A stretch of 64,000 nt of DNA from positions 9,715 to 73,714 of IMG/VR virus record IMGVR_UViG_3300006990_000020; one strand, given 5' to 3'. The translations under genes and the position numbers were made by a program. Under the pieces are notes generated by a model. It searched no databases. It was given only the letters and a program-made list of their open reading frames with translations, and had not been told where the DNA came from. The stretch comes from a virus. How positions within the stretch are numbered: position 1 is the stretch's first letter; the number at the start of each line of letters is the position of its first letter. Shown here piece by piece: positions 20,887-31,358 of this stretch.

Positions 20887-23800
20887 TCATTTGTTCCTTG
20901 AAAAAACTCTGACTGCATTGTCTCTATTAAACATGTTAGAAGAGCCCACAAAGATATCTTCTCTAATATCAGAATTATCCCAGTAAGTCGTATTAAGATA
21001 TCTTGTATCATATCTAGAATAATCTAAGTTTCTATCGACAACAGAAAATCTACTGTCGCTGTTTTTGTAAGTATATTTAGGTCTTTCAGCTATATGAGAT
21101 TCATATACAAAGTTAAACCCATTATAGTGAACCTTACTTGGTATTGCATCATCAAGAATTCCTTCAAGTATGTTGTCAAAGTATTTATAGATTTGGTAAA
21201 GTTGTCTTATGTTTATTTCGCTTTCAAGTTTGTTAAAAAATACTGATTTTAACTCTTCTAAACTTTGATATCTGTCTTCATAAAGAGAAGAACGGTTACT
21301 TAAAGTTTTTGTAAAAAAGTCATTGACTTGAATCATTTTTGACATTTCGTTGTTAATAAAGTTACTTATTGAAAAGTCAATTGTAAATCTTACATCTTCG
21401 AAATCCACAAACCTGCTCTCAGTAGAAAAATCCGGACTTTTGTTAACAATACCATGTTCAGTTATTAATTCTTCTGATTCAAATGAATTAATATTAACTC
21501 TAGAATAGTTTTCTGGAAAATCAACGCTACTAGCTTGTCTCAGATTGACATAGTCAAAACTATTTATTGGACTAGAATTTTGTAAATCGTCAGGTATGTG
21601 GAGATATAGCACGTTATTGTCTTTATTGATTTTAGATGTGTCATTAATCAATGTTATTTTATCACCATTAACAATCTCGGGCAAATTATTGATTACTGTG
21701 TTAAATCTTTCTTTTAAATTAATATTATATAACAAGTCGTTATTGGAATTAAAAGGACTTGGGTTCATGTTGTCGTTTTTTAAACCATAACAAAAAAGAT
21801 CAGTTTTGTGAATTTTAATATCTTGATCTGAAAGATGTTTTTTCCAGACCCTAACTCCCGCAAGATGACAAGCGTTTTCAACTACATAACTCATATTGGC
21901 ATATTGATTCGCAGATATAGGATATATACTTTGCTGCCCTATTTTTAGCTTAATAACATTTAGTGAACTCGATGGCACCTTGTTAGGAATATTTACTACT
22001 AAACTCTTTTTTTGAGACTCACAGTTTTTAGACCCGAAGTCCATCCCAGATATAATAAGATCGTAAACAGAGTAGTTGTCTGTTTTTTTCTTTTTGTTAA
22101 CACATATATATACCAGTTTTCCAGTTAAAATATCAACGTCATTTAATTCTAGTACTTTTATTTGACTATTGATATTTGTTTCGTTAACATATAACGAAAG
22201 CTTTCCTTTTGGTGAGTTGCTATTATTTGTATTTTTCTTAAAAACTAGATTAATAAGTGGATGAACATCAACAGTCGACTCATCTCCTGCGTCTAGTCTA
22301 AATAAAGACTGTTCATTAGGTAACGAAGAAATATCGTCCTTGTTAAACTTTAAAAAAGCTTCTATAGAAAAATCTTTATCGAATGCTCCTAAGTCTGTAG
22401 GCTGAAAGTTTATTCTGTTAGAATTCAGCAAAACTCTATTTATTGGAAGGCCGGTGTCGTCATACGTAGCAATTAAATTAGAAATATAAGCATCAAAGAA
22501 GTTTACAAACTTGACATTTTCAACGCTTCTCACGAAACCTTCTGATATGTTTAACTTGTTTTGAGAATTAAATTCTCTAAATCTGATGAAAGTATCAGAT
22601 TCAAGTCCGAAAGAATTAAACACAGACTTTAGACCCTTTATAGTTCCTTTGCTTCTAACAAAGTCTTGTGAGTTAATTAAAAATCTTTTCCATAAATTAT
22701 TTTGAATCTGCCTTATAGACGTAGGACTAAACATTTTGTCATAAGTAAGATTTTTATTGTCTAGTTTTTCAATTATCGGACTTGGAAATATCTCCTTAAA
22801 ATCTATACCGATCTGCTTAAGGGCATAAGGTAATATGACGCCAGCATGATTCGAGTTCTCATTAAGATCATCATAGTCAATTTTAAGTATTTTAACAATA
22901 TGATCAACATAACACTTAAGCCCATCAAAAAACCTAGACCATATTGAAAGTAAATTAAAAATTGTTGAATTGTTAGGCTTTGTTATTCCCATTAATTCAA
23001 TTTCATTTCCTTTGATTTGAATTGACTCTTTTGATGCATATATGTCTGGTAAACCATCAAAGTCTGACCCATCAACAAATATATATTTTGGAAATAATTT
23101 GAAGAATGAGTTTGGGTTTTCTTTGTCATATTCTTCAGCTGCTAATAGTATTTGATTTTGTTGATCTTTAATAGAAGAATAATTTAAAAATATCACAGGT
23201 GCATAGTCTTCTTTTTCATAAATGACAGGGGTTTTGATCTCTATATTGTTATAAGAAAATTTTGTTCTAAAACTACTTGACACAGAAGATTCTGGGTAAA
23301 GACTGTTATCAGAGTTTTTTCTTATAAGTCCATGTACTCTATTTCCACTGCTATCGAGTGTTATATGATTATTTGTAAAAGCACCACTTGGTTCATTAAA
23401 CTTGTAATATACTTGAAGACTTCCTCTTGCATGTATTTCTTTTTGACTTTCGTCATAGATGTCATTTATTGTTCTATTTCCTATGAAAAATCTAAATTCG
23501 TCTAAGGCACCCTTGAGCCCAGAAGTTTTACCCGTATCAAGCGTTCCACCTGCGGCGTATAAATGACTAGCTCCATTTCCTATATTAACATTAGACGTCA
23601 AGACAGACTGTTCGAACTTTGAGTTACTTGATATTGACCCTTCGCTTGTAGCTTGAACCTTTAAACCATTTTTATATATTCTAATGAGTCTCTTGCCTTT
23701 TAACGACAAAACTGAAGTGTTTATGTGAACAAACTCATTAACAGGTATCGTTGCATAACATTTTTGATATTCGTTTTCATGGTTAATTAAAATGTTTAAT

Positions 23801-24465
23801 TGACATGTATTAGTTGTATCATTAAAGTTATTTAGAAATATTGTGATTCCTTTGTTTTCACTCTTTTTTTGAAAAACTATTTGCACAGCGTTTTCTGTAG
23901 TATCAGTATCAACCCATAGCCAAAAATCAAACGAGAACTTTCTTTTATTAAAGTCGAAAAGCCCTTGTTTCTTTTGCCCTTTAAAGTCATCTAAAATATT
24001 TCCAGTCTTGTCTATTACAAAAACTTCGTTATCACCATTAAATCTAAGGTAATTTAAAGATTTCGGCACTTTATTGTCAAGAATATATTTCGTAAATCCA
24101 TCTAATGATTTGTAATACTGGAAGAATTCATATTCAGACTTGTCATAAGGAAACTCATTGAAGATCTTTTCATATGCATAATGAACTTTGCTTACTGCAG
24201 AGTCAAAAAATACATGGTTTTCAAACTTTGAAAAGTCTAGGTCTTCAAGTTGCTGTGTTGAGAAAAAGCCATCATAGCCGTCTAGTCTTCCAAAAAATTC
24301 ATTAATATTTTGTGAATTAACTTCGTCGCTAGTTTTTACAGTATGCTTTGACTTTCTATTTCTTTCAACAGAACTGTTTTGAATTGTTCTGTTGTACGAG
24401 GTTTTTTTAAGTTTTGCATCGTTTCTTAAAACTTTTTCAAGGGATGCTGATCCAGGTGGTGCCAT
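20887..24465 (-). CDS. Baseplate wedge-type protein with two LamG domains
   Basis: LamG motifs FSFDFWLWV...GALDEFRFF and FSIEAFLKF...GVRVWKK. RSKGTIKGLKSVFNSFG resembles the KGT motif of the P2 gpI/T4 gp7 wedge family. Confidence 0.65.
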   Translation of the reverse strand: MAPPGSASLEKVLRNDAKLKKTSYNRTIQNSSVERNRKSKHTVKTSDEVNSQNINEFFGRLDGYDGFFSTQQLEDLDFSKFENHVFFDSAVSKVHYAYEKIFNEFPYDKSEYEFFQYYKSLDGFTKYILDNKVPKSLNYLRFNGDNEVFVIDKTGNILDDFKGQKKQGLFDFNKRKFSFDFWLWVDTDTTENAVQIVFQKKSENKGITIFLNNFNDTTNTCQLNILINHENEYQKCYATIPVNEFVHINTSVLSLKGKRLIRIYKNGLKVQATSEGSISSNSKFEQSVLTSNVNIGNGASHLYAAGGTLDTGKTSGLKGALDEFRFFIGNRTINDIYDESQKEIHARGSLQVYYKFNEPSGAFTNNHITLDSSGNRVHGLIRKNSDNSLYPESSVSSSFRTKFSYNNIEIKTPVIYEKEDYAPVIFLNYSSIKDQQNQILLAAEEYDKENPNSFFKLFPKYIFVDGSDFDGLPDIYASKESIQIKGNEIELMGITKPNNSTIFNLLSIWSRFFDGLKCYVDHIVKILKIDYDDLNENSNHAGVILPYALKQIGIDFKEIFPSPIIEKLDNKNLTYDKMFSPTSIRQIQNNLWKRFLINSQDFVRSKGTIKGLKSVFNSFGLESDTFIRFREFNSQNKLNISEGFVRSVENVKFVNFFDAYISNLIATYDDTGLPINRVLLNSNRINFQPTDLGAFDKDFSIEAFLKFNKDDISSLPNEQSLFRLDAGDESTVDVHPLINLVFKKNTNNSNSPKGKLSLYVNETNINSQIKVLELNDVDILTGKLVYICVNKKKKTDNYSVYDLIISGMDFGSKNCESQKKSLVVNIPNKVPSSSLNVIKLKIGQQSIYPISANQYANMSYVVENACHLAGVRVWKKHLSDQDIKIHKTDLFCYGLKNDNMNPSPFNSNNDLLYNINLKERFNTVINNLPEIVNGDKITLINDTSKINKDNNVLYLHIPDDLQNSSPINSFDYVNLRQASSVDFPENYSRVNINSFESEELITEHGIVNKSPDFSTESRFVDFEDVRFTIDFSISNFINNEMSKMIQVNDFFTKTLSNRSSLYEDRYQSLEELKSVFFNKLESEINIRQLYQIYKYFDNILEGILDDAIPSKVHYNGFNFVYESHIAERPKYTYKNSDSRFSVVDRNLDYSRYDTRYLNTTYWDNSDIREDIFVGSSNMFNRDNAVRVFSRNK

Positions 24466-26642
24466 TATTTAAACCTCACAATCAACTTTCTATCTTCGAT
24501 TTTCTTTTTAAGGCCTGTTAAGGGATCTGTATACTCAAATACAAATCCTACACGGAGTCCTTTATATATTTTTGATGCATGTAAGTTCGCTATATAAAAT
24601 TTACCATTAAAAAACATTGAAGTATCGTCAAAAGATGCATCGTTTTCTAATAAAGTTTTTCCTGTATCGACATCATACATTTTATAACTTATCATACCCA
24701 AATCTTCAGATACTAAGTCAAAAGGTACCTTGATAGATTTGTATTGTCTTGCCATGTCAATAAAACTAAACTTTAAAGTTTTTATAGCATCATCAGCACT
24801 AATTTCTTTTTGCTGTGTATCTAAAACAACCCTGAGCTTCTTAAACAAGTCCTCTTCTGAAGTTTCAGGCAAATGAAAATCTACTTTTTCATTTTTAAGA
24901 AGATATTTTTTTCCACCATTTGCAACATAGTATTTAAAGTCGATTTCAACTTTACTATTTTTCTCTAAATCACTTTGAAACTTACTGCTGCTATTAAATC
25001 TACTTATTGTAGACAATGTGGCACCGTTTGGACCAGGAACAGTAAATTTCTTAATTCCTGATAGTGTGCTTCCCTTATAGTCACTTACTGTAGTTGATGA
25101 TATTGTTGCAGCAAAAATATTAAAATTGGTCTTGTTTTCTTTTAAAATAATTGAGTTGTTGGCATCAACATTTTTAACTACAAAACTTTCCTGTGTTAAA
25201 GTCGGTTCAGAATGTGATATTTTAATCTCTTTTTTAATGTTATCAACACTTGAGTTAACGTTAAAGTCAGCAGTTGAAATTAGTGTAGAAAGACTGTCAA
25301 GTGATGTTGTTCCTGAAGTTAGCGTAAAACTAGAAATATTGACAACTCTCGCTGCGTCAACTACATTGTCGATTGTCGATCCGTTAGTGTTAAATCCAAA
25401 TGTTGTTAGTGTACCTGAAGTGTTAGTGATTGATAAGTAATCACCTGCTGCAGGTGTTCTTAGAAGTCTCAAAACCGTTTCACTTATTGTTTCGTCCTCG
25501 TATCTCATCTGCAGATGAGTATCCTCTCCAGGAAAAGAAGTCAACTTTTTATTAATAAGATTTGTTACGTAAAAGTCTTCTTTGACATCTAAGAACCTTT
25601 TTTTGTTATCAAAATTAACAATTTCAAAATTTTCATCTTTTGTCTTAACTTGAAGTTTTGGTCTGTTAAACATATAAGACAGATTTCTGCTTCCTAGTCT
25701 TTTTAAGAAATAAGTGTTTTCATCAAACAAATTGTCATAAGCTATTTCTATGACAAATGTTTGTGTCTTATTTTCTGGAGCTGGCGCGGATAAGAAGTGT
25801 TCGACATAACTTGTTATATCAAAAACTACATCTTCATTACCTTTAACTACTGTGAATGTAGACTCATATGTGGACCCAGCATACACTTCAGCGTCTGTTA
25901 CAAACCCCGGAACACTCCAGTTTTTGCTTTTGTTAATTGTCTCAAAGCTAGCGCCTCCTTTGTCTGAAAAGTGCAGGGTGTCCCTGCCAATGCCTTCGTC
26001 AAAGTCATAATTAAGAGGTCTAATTCTTAAAGTATAGTCTTTGCTCGAAGTTGCAGCTGCACCGACATCTGATAGTGTAATAAAAGTTTTATATTGATCG
26101 GTATTAAATATAGATTCTTCTTTGTCCGAAATGTGATCGTCTAGTATACTTGCTAAATCAAAATTAATCAAAACTGCTGAATGTTCAAACCTTTTAAAAC
26201 TCTTTATACTAATCGATGCTTGTCCTTCTGGAACAGTGATTATAGTGTCGCCAGAAGCTCCAGGATTGTCCTGTATTAATAAGATTTCTGTACTGCTTAG
26301 TTTATATGCGCTAATAGCAAAGCCAACAACGTTGTTTATTTCTGTGATCAAACTATCAAAAGAAATAAATCTTGTATTTTGGCCATTAAAGTCTGCCTGT
26401 AGACCAGTATCATATTCAAATGTTTTAGAAACTCCTAGTGAATCAATAATTGTCACAGTATTTCCGTCTGTAAGATTACTCACTATGAGTAGTGCTCTAG
26501 ACTTTACATTTTTGTTTTCTTGATATATCTTAAAAAGATCAAGTGTCGATGCTTGACCAAAGTTTGCTGAAACGCCTTGATTTAATGACGTTGAAAGATC
26601 TGTTATAAACGTGTCTTTTTTTGCAATTTTAGTAATAATCAT
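24465..26642 (-). CDS. Baseplate-associated protein with a DNRLRE-like N-terminal domain
   Basis: KDTFIT...ANFG...LDL...SRALL/SAVLINFDL...FDITSYV...RPKLQV pattern; adjacent to the wedge gene. Confidence 0.5.
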   Translation of the reverse strand: MIITKIAKKDTFITDLSTSLNQGVSANFGQASTLDLFKIYQENKNVKSRALLIVSNLTDGNTVTIIDSLGVSKTFEYDTGLQADFNGQNTRFISFDSLITEINNVVGFAISAYKLSSTEILLIQDNPGASGDTIITVPEGQASISIKSFKRFEHSAVLINFDLASILDDHISDKEESIFNTDQYKTFITLSDVGAAATSSKDYTLRIRPLNYDFDEGIGRDTLHFSDKGGASFETINKSKNWSVPGFVTDAEVYAGSTYESTFTVVKGNEDVVFDITSYVEHFLSAPAPENKTQTFVIEIAYDNLFDENTYFLKRLGSRNLSYMFNRPKLQVKTKDENFEIVNFDNKKRFLDVKEDFYVTNLINKKLTSFPGEDTHLQMRYEDETISETVLRLLRTPAAGDYLSITNTSGTLTTFGFNTNGSTIDNVVDAARVVNISSFTLTSGTTSLDSLSTLISTADFNVNSSVDNIKKEIKISHSEPTLTQESFVVKNVDANNSIILKENKTNFNIFAATISSTTVSDYKGSTLSGIKKFTVPGPNGATLSTISRFNSSSKFQSDLEKNSKVEIDFKYYVANGGKKYLLKNEKVDFHLPETSEEDLFKKLRVVLDTQQKEISADDAIKTLKFSFIDMARQYKSIKVPFDLVSEDLGMISYKMYDVDTGKTLLENDASFDDTSMFFNGKFYIANLHASKIYKGLRVGFVFEYTDPLTGLKKKIEDRKLIVRFK

Positions 26643-26646
26643 TTAA

Positions 26647-28521
26647 TCATCCGTTCCTAACAACAATGTCAAAGTCTAAATGTTTAAGTTCAAATATTCC
26701 ACCTCTATTGGGAAATATAAATCCGTCTTGAAACTGTTGTTGTGGAGAAAAAGAGTTTCTTGCATATTCAATATCAATTTCTTCTTCATCATCAAAAAAG
26801 TCGTCTTGAAAATTCTTAGACGTTATAAAATTTTCAGGCAAAGTAACAATACTAGAAACCCCAGGAGTATTCAGTACTATATTAACAATATCATTGACAT
26901 TAATTGCCTCGTTTATCTGGAGTATTTCAAATCTCATATTTTGTACTATTCTAGAAATTACATTGTCAAGTACTTCTTCGACAGTATAGTTTGACTTGAT
27001 TTTCAATGTTAAGTCAATACCAAAGTTAAAAATTGGTGCATCTATAATATTGAAACTATCACCTAAAACTCTATGTTCATCAATGTAATTTTTCAAGTTA
27101 ATCTTTAATGCATCGTTTGCATAGACATATTGTCCTTCTTGGTTTCGACATATGACAAAAATATCTTTAGCAAGGTTTGTATACTCATTATTTAAGACAG
27201 CAACTTTGTGAACTTTTCCAAAGTCCGAAGGCATTGTATAAATTCTTGATATTAAATCTTTCTGGTTGACAATTCTGTTTTGCATCGTAATTGCATTTGG
27301 GATTTGATTTCTCATCTCTTCTAAAGATAAACTATTAGATCCACCCACAGCTTCTTCTTCATTTAATGCATCTAAAGACTCTAAGATTTGATCTGTAATT
27401 TCTTCCAAAGACTGTCCTGATGGCGGACTCTCTATGTTATAATAAGGAAAAACTATTATAGGCCTGACAATAGTTTCTATAGATTCTTCTGGAACATTAT
27501 GATTAACACCACCACCATGAACATACTTTACTGTGACGGTTTTGCCTGCAGGTGAAACGCCTAGAGAGTTAGAAGTTAAAAGTGCGCCTGGATCAATTGA
27601 AATACTGTTGTCATAATCTCTATGTTTTAAAGGCAAAATAAAATCTTCAGGATTCGTTAGTAAGTTATCTTCTATAGTTTTACCTCTACCATTTCCAAAT
27701 CTAATTGCTGAGGTGTTGTTTAAAAAGTTTCTTTCAACCGTATATCTGAATGGTGCAACAGTTGGATAGAAATATTTTTCTTTGGCATTTTCAACTTTTA
27801 AATAAACTGTGCTCTGGCTCAAAAAGTCTACTTCATAGTATTCATTTAAGTCGTTGTCTAATATGCTAGTAATTTTTTGTATATTAGGGTTTTGTAAATT
27901 ATAGCTTAAAAACAAATCTTGATCGTCTGATGGGAAAGACACAGTCTCAGTTGCAAAGTCTCCGCTTGTACAAAGGCCCTTCTTTTTAAGGATTAATGTT
28001 TGAGGGGAACCATCATCATCAACTTCTGCAACCTCCTTTTCGTATCCAAAACCAAAATCAACATCTTCAGCGAGAATAAAGTTTATTCCACTAACTGATG
28101 TCAAGACCGTGCCAGCTTTAACAATAGGCAGTTGATATTCTAAAGGTTGCAAAGCGTTAAGTGGAGCTGCGTCGTCAATATCAACTTCAACAAAAAAGCT
28201 AACATTGACACTTGACGCTGTTGCGCCACCACCTTTTATTCCAGCACGTCTCAAGTGACTAATTATATTCTCAGAATTAACTGAGTTTTCATAGTTTAAT
28301 TCGTTCATTTGCTGGTCAACGTAATAAGTTAAAGAGTCACCAACAATTGAAGCAAAATCAAGAAGCATTCCACCTAAAGAACTTTCAGAAAAGTCCTGTA
28401 TTTGATTTGAAAAGTTTGAGCGAGCATAATTTAATAACTCACCTCTAAACTCATCAAAGGTTTTATTGATATATTGATCTTTTCTTTGGTTTTTAAGCTT
28501 TTTTGTTATATTAGCTGACAT
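26647..28521 (-). CDS. Baseplate wedge subunit (T4 gp6/baseplate J-like)
   Basis: KTFDEFRGELLNY...QDFSESSLGGMLLDFASIVGDSLTYYVDQQMNE, IRFGNG, Y..GGG..HNV, AVGG, QNRIVNQKD. Confidence 0.9.
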   Translation of the reverse strand: MSANITKKLKNQRKDQYINKTFDEFRGELLNYARSNFSNQIQDFSESSLGGMLLDFASIVGDSLTYYVDQQMNELNYENSVNSENIISHLRRAGIKGGGATASSVNVSFFVEVDIDDAAPLNALQPLEYQLPIVKAGTVLTSVSGINFILAEDVDFGFGYEKEVAEVDDDGSPQTLILKKKGLCTSGDFATETVSFPSDDQDLFLSYNLQNPNIQKITSILDNDLNEYYEVDFLSQSTVYLKVENAKEKYFYPTVAPFRYTVERNFLNNTSAIRFGNGRGKTIEDNLLTNPEDFILPLKHRDYDNSISIDPGALLTSNSLGVSPAGKTVTVKYVHGGGVNHNVPEESIETIVRPIIVFPYYNIESPPSGQSLEEITDQILESLDALNEEEAVGGSNSLSLEEMRNQIPNAITMQNRIVNQKDLISRIYTMPSDFGKVHKVAVLNNEYTNLAKDIFVICRNQEGQYVYANDALKINLKNYIDEHRVLGDSFNIIDAPIFNFGIDLTLKIKSNYTVEEVLDNVISRIVQNMRFEILQINEAINVNDIVNIVLNTPGVSSIVTLPENFITSKNFQDDFFDDEEEIDIEYARNSFSPQQQFQDGFIFPNRGGIFELKHLDFDIVVRNG

Positions 28522-29015
28522 TAAGCGGACCTCCTAATTGTCAATTCTATGCTATTAGTTTCATTTTCAAAGCCTTCTATTGAATATCTTATAACTACTT
28601 TGAAAAAGTCAGCACTGTCTTCTTCGTTGTTTGTTATGTTTTTGCTTTCAAAATCTAATAGTTGTATGAAAGGAAAATATTTCCTTACACTGATACTTAC
28701 TTCTTCCATAACTATGCTTTCAATTTGTTCGACAGTCAAATCAGTTCTATTATAAATAGAAGATATACTTGTTCCAAAATCAGGCTTGCATAAAAGTTCT
28801 CCTTTTTTTGTTAATAAAAAAGTTTTGAAATTATTTGAAACTTGACTCTTAATGTTTTTATTCATTTTAAACAAAGTCTCGTTCGGAGAAAAGCTTTTCT
28901 CTAAAGGCATACGTATTCCAAGCGGAAGATCTTCTGAAGAATTGCTTTGTTCAATATTCTTCTTAATACTTTCTACTTCTTGAATGCTTTTGCCTGTATT
29001 TTTAAAAATAGTCAT
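28521..29015 (-). CDS. Baseplate gp25/GpW-like protein
   Basis: QVSNNFKTFLLTKKGELLCKPDFGTSI motif, immediately upstream of the gp6-like gene. Confidence 0.85.
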   Translation of the reverse strand: MTIFKNTGKSIQEVESIKKNIEQSNSSEDLPLGIRMPLEKSFSPNETLFKMNKNIKSQVSNNFKTFLLTKKGELLCKPDFGTSISSIYNRTDLTVEQIESIVMEEVSISVRKYFPFIQLLDFESKNITNNEEDSADFFKVVIRYSIEGFENETNSIELTIRRSA

Positions 29016-29028
29016 AAATACCTCAATG

Positions 29029-29038
29029 CTAATTATTT
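29029..29038 (-). promoter_or_regulatory. Putative late promoter motif AAATAATTAG
   Basis: Motif copy directly upstream of the GAGGT RBS of the gp25-like gene. Confidence 0.5.
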
Positions 29039-29053
29039 AATGAAGTATATTGC

Positions 29054-30958
29054 TTAGGATGTTTTGCTTATTTTACTTAAAATTTTATCAATATTGTCTT
29101 CTATTTTTGACAGTCTTTGTGATAAATCTTGTTCTCTTTTCATTTGCGCTTGACTAATACTTCTCTCCAGTTCAGTCGTCGCAGATATGCTTTTAACTTC
29201 TATGTTTTTGACTGCTGTAGTTAGACTTAGATTCAAAGAAGTTAATAGTTCAATAATAATGCCGATACTAACTGCAGCAGTCCCAGCTCCTGCGATAGCT
29301 GCTGGACTCTGTGACGTTATTTTGCTTGAAATACTCGATAGCGCTAAAGTAAACTCATTTGAAATTGATTTGTTTATGTCTTTTCTAGTCGACAAGACGC
29401 TTTCTAGTAAAGTTTTAGTTACATGCATATCTTCCCTAGAAACGTCTAATATTTCTTGCAAATAAGATTTAAGTTGCTCACCCAAGACAAGAGATTGCAT
29501 TTCTTCGCTTTCACCTAATCTTATAAGCGATCCTTTGCCGTTTTTAAAAGTTCCTTTGCTTTTTTCTAAGTCGGAACTTCCGATAAATATCCTATTTCCG
29601 TCTATTAATATATCGCCGTCTCTATTAATCCTAATTGCTGAAATGGTGTCTTTATTAGATTCTTTGTCATTATACTCTTTGATTATTCCAATTTCTCCAT
29701 CGCTTTTTCTACAAAGCAAAGAAATACTGCTTGATGTCATGTTGATATTTGGAATATCTTTATTAAGATTTTGATCTTCAACTATTTTTGAAAACTTTCC
29801 TAAATTAAATTTTTTCTGGTCATCTTTTAAGCTACTACTCACCTCAGTCTCTTCTAAGTCATGACTGTAAGCTGTAAGATTTAATTTTTTGTCCAGAAAT
29901 TGGTTTGCATCATCATAAAAGTCATATGACTCTGTCAAAGTGAGTCGAGATGCATCCTCTATTACACTAGTAGCACCCTCAGAAAAGCTACTTTTATAAT
30001 CTTTATCCTGTGTGCTATAGAATTCTGGGTGCTTTAATCTTTCTTCTTTATTGTCATATGCAACTACATTAGGTAATTTTTTACTCTTGAACTGCTTAAC
30101 AATAAACTCCTTACCAACATGTTCTAAGCCTTTTTTGTCTATTAGCGTTCCTTTGATTTCTCTAAAATCATTTTTAACAAACTTACCAATACCAGCTGAT
30201 ATTGTTACTTCACCTTGATTACTAACATTGCTATATTGACTATTACTAGAGTTAACAGAAGACAGTCTGATTAAAGTATTGTTTGATCCTTGTATAATCG
30301 TATCCCCAGGTAGCTTAGTCACATGCGGGACAAATCTGTGTCTTCTGTTGTTTATGTAATTGTTTATATAAGAAAGTTCAATATCGTCTAACTCAAAAGT
30401 TTTTTCTGCAAAGGAAGTATAAGGCATAACCATTTTTGTTTCTAAAAACTCATTATGGCTTTTTTGATTTCTTTTTTTGTTTGCGCCTTTTACGTTTTTA
30501 TTTTGTCTTTCCAGATCTTTTGAAAGTGTACTATTGATTATTCCAATCAAGCTATCTCTGTCGCCGTATGTATAATTAACATCTTCAGATGTTGAAAATG
30601 CATGAATTCTGCTTACCCAATAAGAGTTAATATCAAAACTAGAGTTAAAAAGGGTTGGGTCTTTTTCGTACTTATAAATCCACACATACTCACCAACTTT
30701 TAGAGGCATTTTAAAGTGTGAAGAAAAGAATGGAAGGGATATAAAGTAGCTAGAGCTTTCTCCGTCTCTATGAACAATAGATTTAGAAAAAACAGTTTGA
30801 TCTGGTAATATGCTTAAAAAGTCAACTAAGTTTTTAGACTTTTTACTGTCGTTAAAGAACTTAGTAGTTAGATCTAGCTTTGACAACTCGCTATATACAG
30901 CATTACCATTACTTTTTTCACTATTTATAATATATAAACATCTTGACTTTATAAACAT
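29054..30958 (-). CDS. Putative baseplate hub/spike (gp5/gpV-like) protein
   Basis: OB-fold-like LPFFSSHFKMPLKVGEYVWI, beta-helix-like PGDTIIQGSNNTLIRL and C-terminal LVLGEQL...ILSKISKT; lies just upstream of the gp25-like gene. Confidence 0.5.
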   Translation of the reverse strand: MFIKSRCLYIINSEKSNGNAVYSELSKLDLTTKFFNDSKKSKNLVDFLSILPDQTVFSKSIVHRDGESSSYFISLPFFSSHFKMPLKVGEYVWIYKYEKDPTLFNSSFDINSYWVSRIHAFSTSEDVNYTYGDRDSLIGIINSTLSKDLERQNKNVKGANKKRNQKSHNEFLETKMVMPYTSFAEKTFELDDIELSYINNYINNRRHRFVPHVTKLPGDTIIQGSNNTLIRLSSVNSSNSQYSNVSNQGEVTISAGIGKFVKNDFREIKGTLIDKKGLEHVGKEFIVKQFKSKKLPNVVAYDNKEERLKHPEFYSTQDKDYKSSFSEGATSVIEDASRLTLTESYDFYDDANQFLDKKLNLTAYSHDLEETEVSSSLKDDQKKFNLGKFSKIVEDQNLNKDIPNINMTSSSISLLCRKSDGEIGIIKEYNDKESNKDTISAIRINRDGDILIDGNRIFIGSSDLEKSKGTFKNGKGSLIRLGESEEMQSLVLGEQLKSYLQEILDVSREDMHVTKTLLESVLSTRKDINKSISNEFTLALSSISSKITSQSPAAIAGAGTAAVSIGIIIELLTSLNLSLTTAVKNIEVKSISATTELERSISQAQMKREQDLSQRLSKIEDNIDKILSKISKTS

Positions 30959-30979
30959 ATAGACATCACTTAATCTAAC

Positions 30980-31348
30980 TTAAACGTTAATTTTGTTAAA
31001 GATATCATCATCTGATATCTGTTCTGTTTTTTCTTCTTCTTTTGCAATCAGCTCAGCTAACTTAAGTATTTGATCGTTTGATTTGCTCATTCTCTCAATA
31101 TACTTTGACATAATCGCACCAATATTCATGTGTTCGTTAATCCCACCTTGCATAGAAATATATGCATCATTGAACATCATTTTTGACTTTTCTCTGTCCT
31201 CTAAAGCATTTTCATATATCTCTTTCCAGAGCATCTTTTTCTTGTCTTCTAGCGAGTCAATATTGTCAAGAATATCAGAAAAATTCTTTATTTGATTTTC
31301 TTTTTCATCATTTTTATCAATATTTTTTGATATTTTTTCAACATTCAT
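30980..31348 (-). CDS. Conserved-looking helical hypothetical protein (122 aa)
   Basis: Start moved to ATG 31348 (AAGGA RBS), which removes the overlap with the sigma gene; LWKEIYENALEDR...KYIERMSKSNDQILKLAELI. Confidence 0.6.
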   Translation of the reverse strand: MNVEKISKNIDKNDEKENQIKNFSDILDNIDSLEDKKKMLWKEIYENALEDREKSKMMFNDAYISMQGGINEHMNIGAIMSKYIERMSKSNDQILKLAELIAKEEEKTEQISDDDIFNKINV

Positions 31349-31358
31349 TTTCTTGTCC

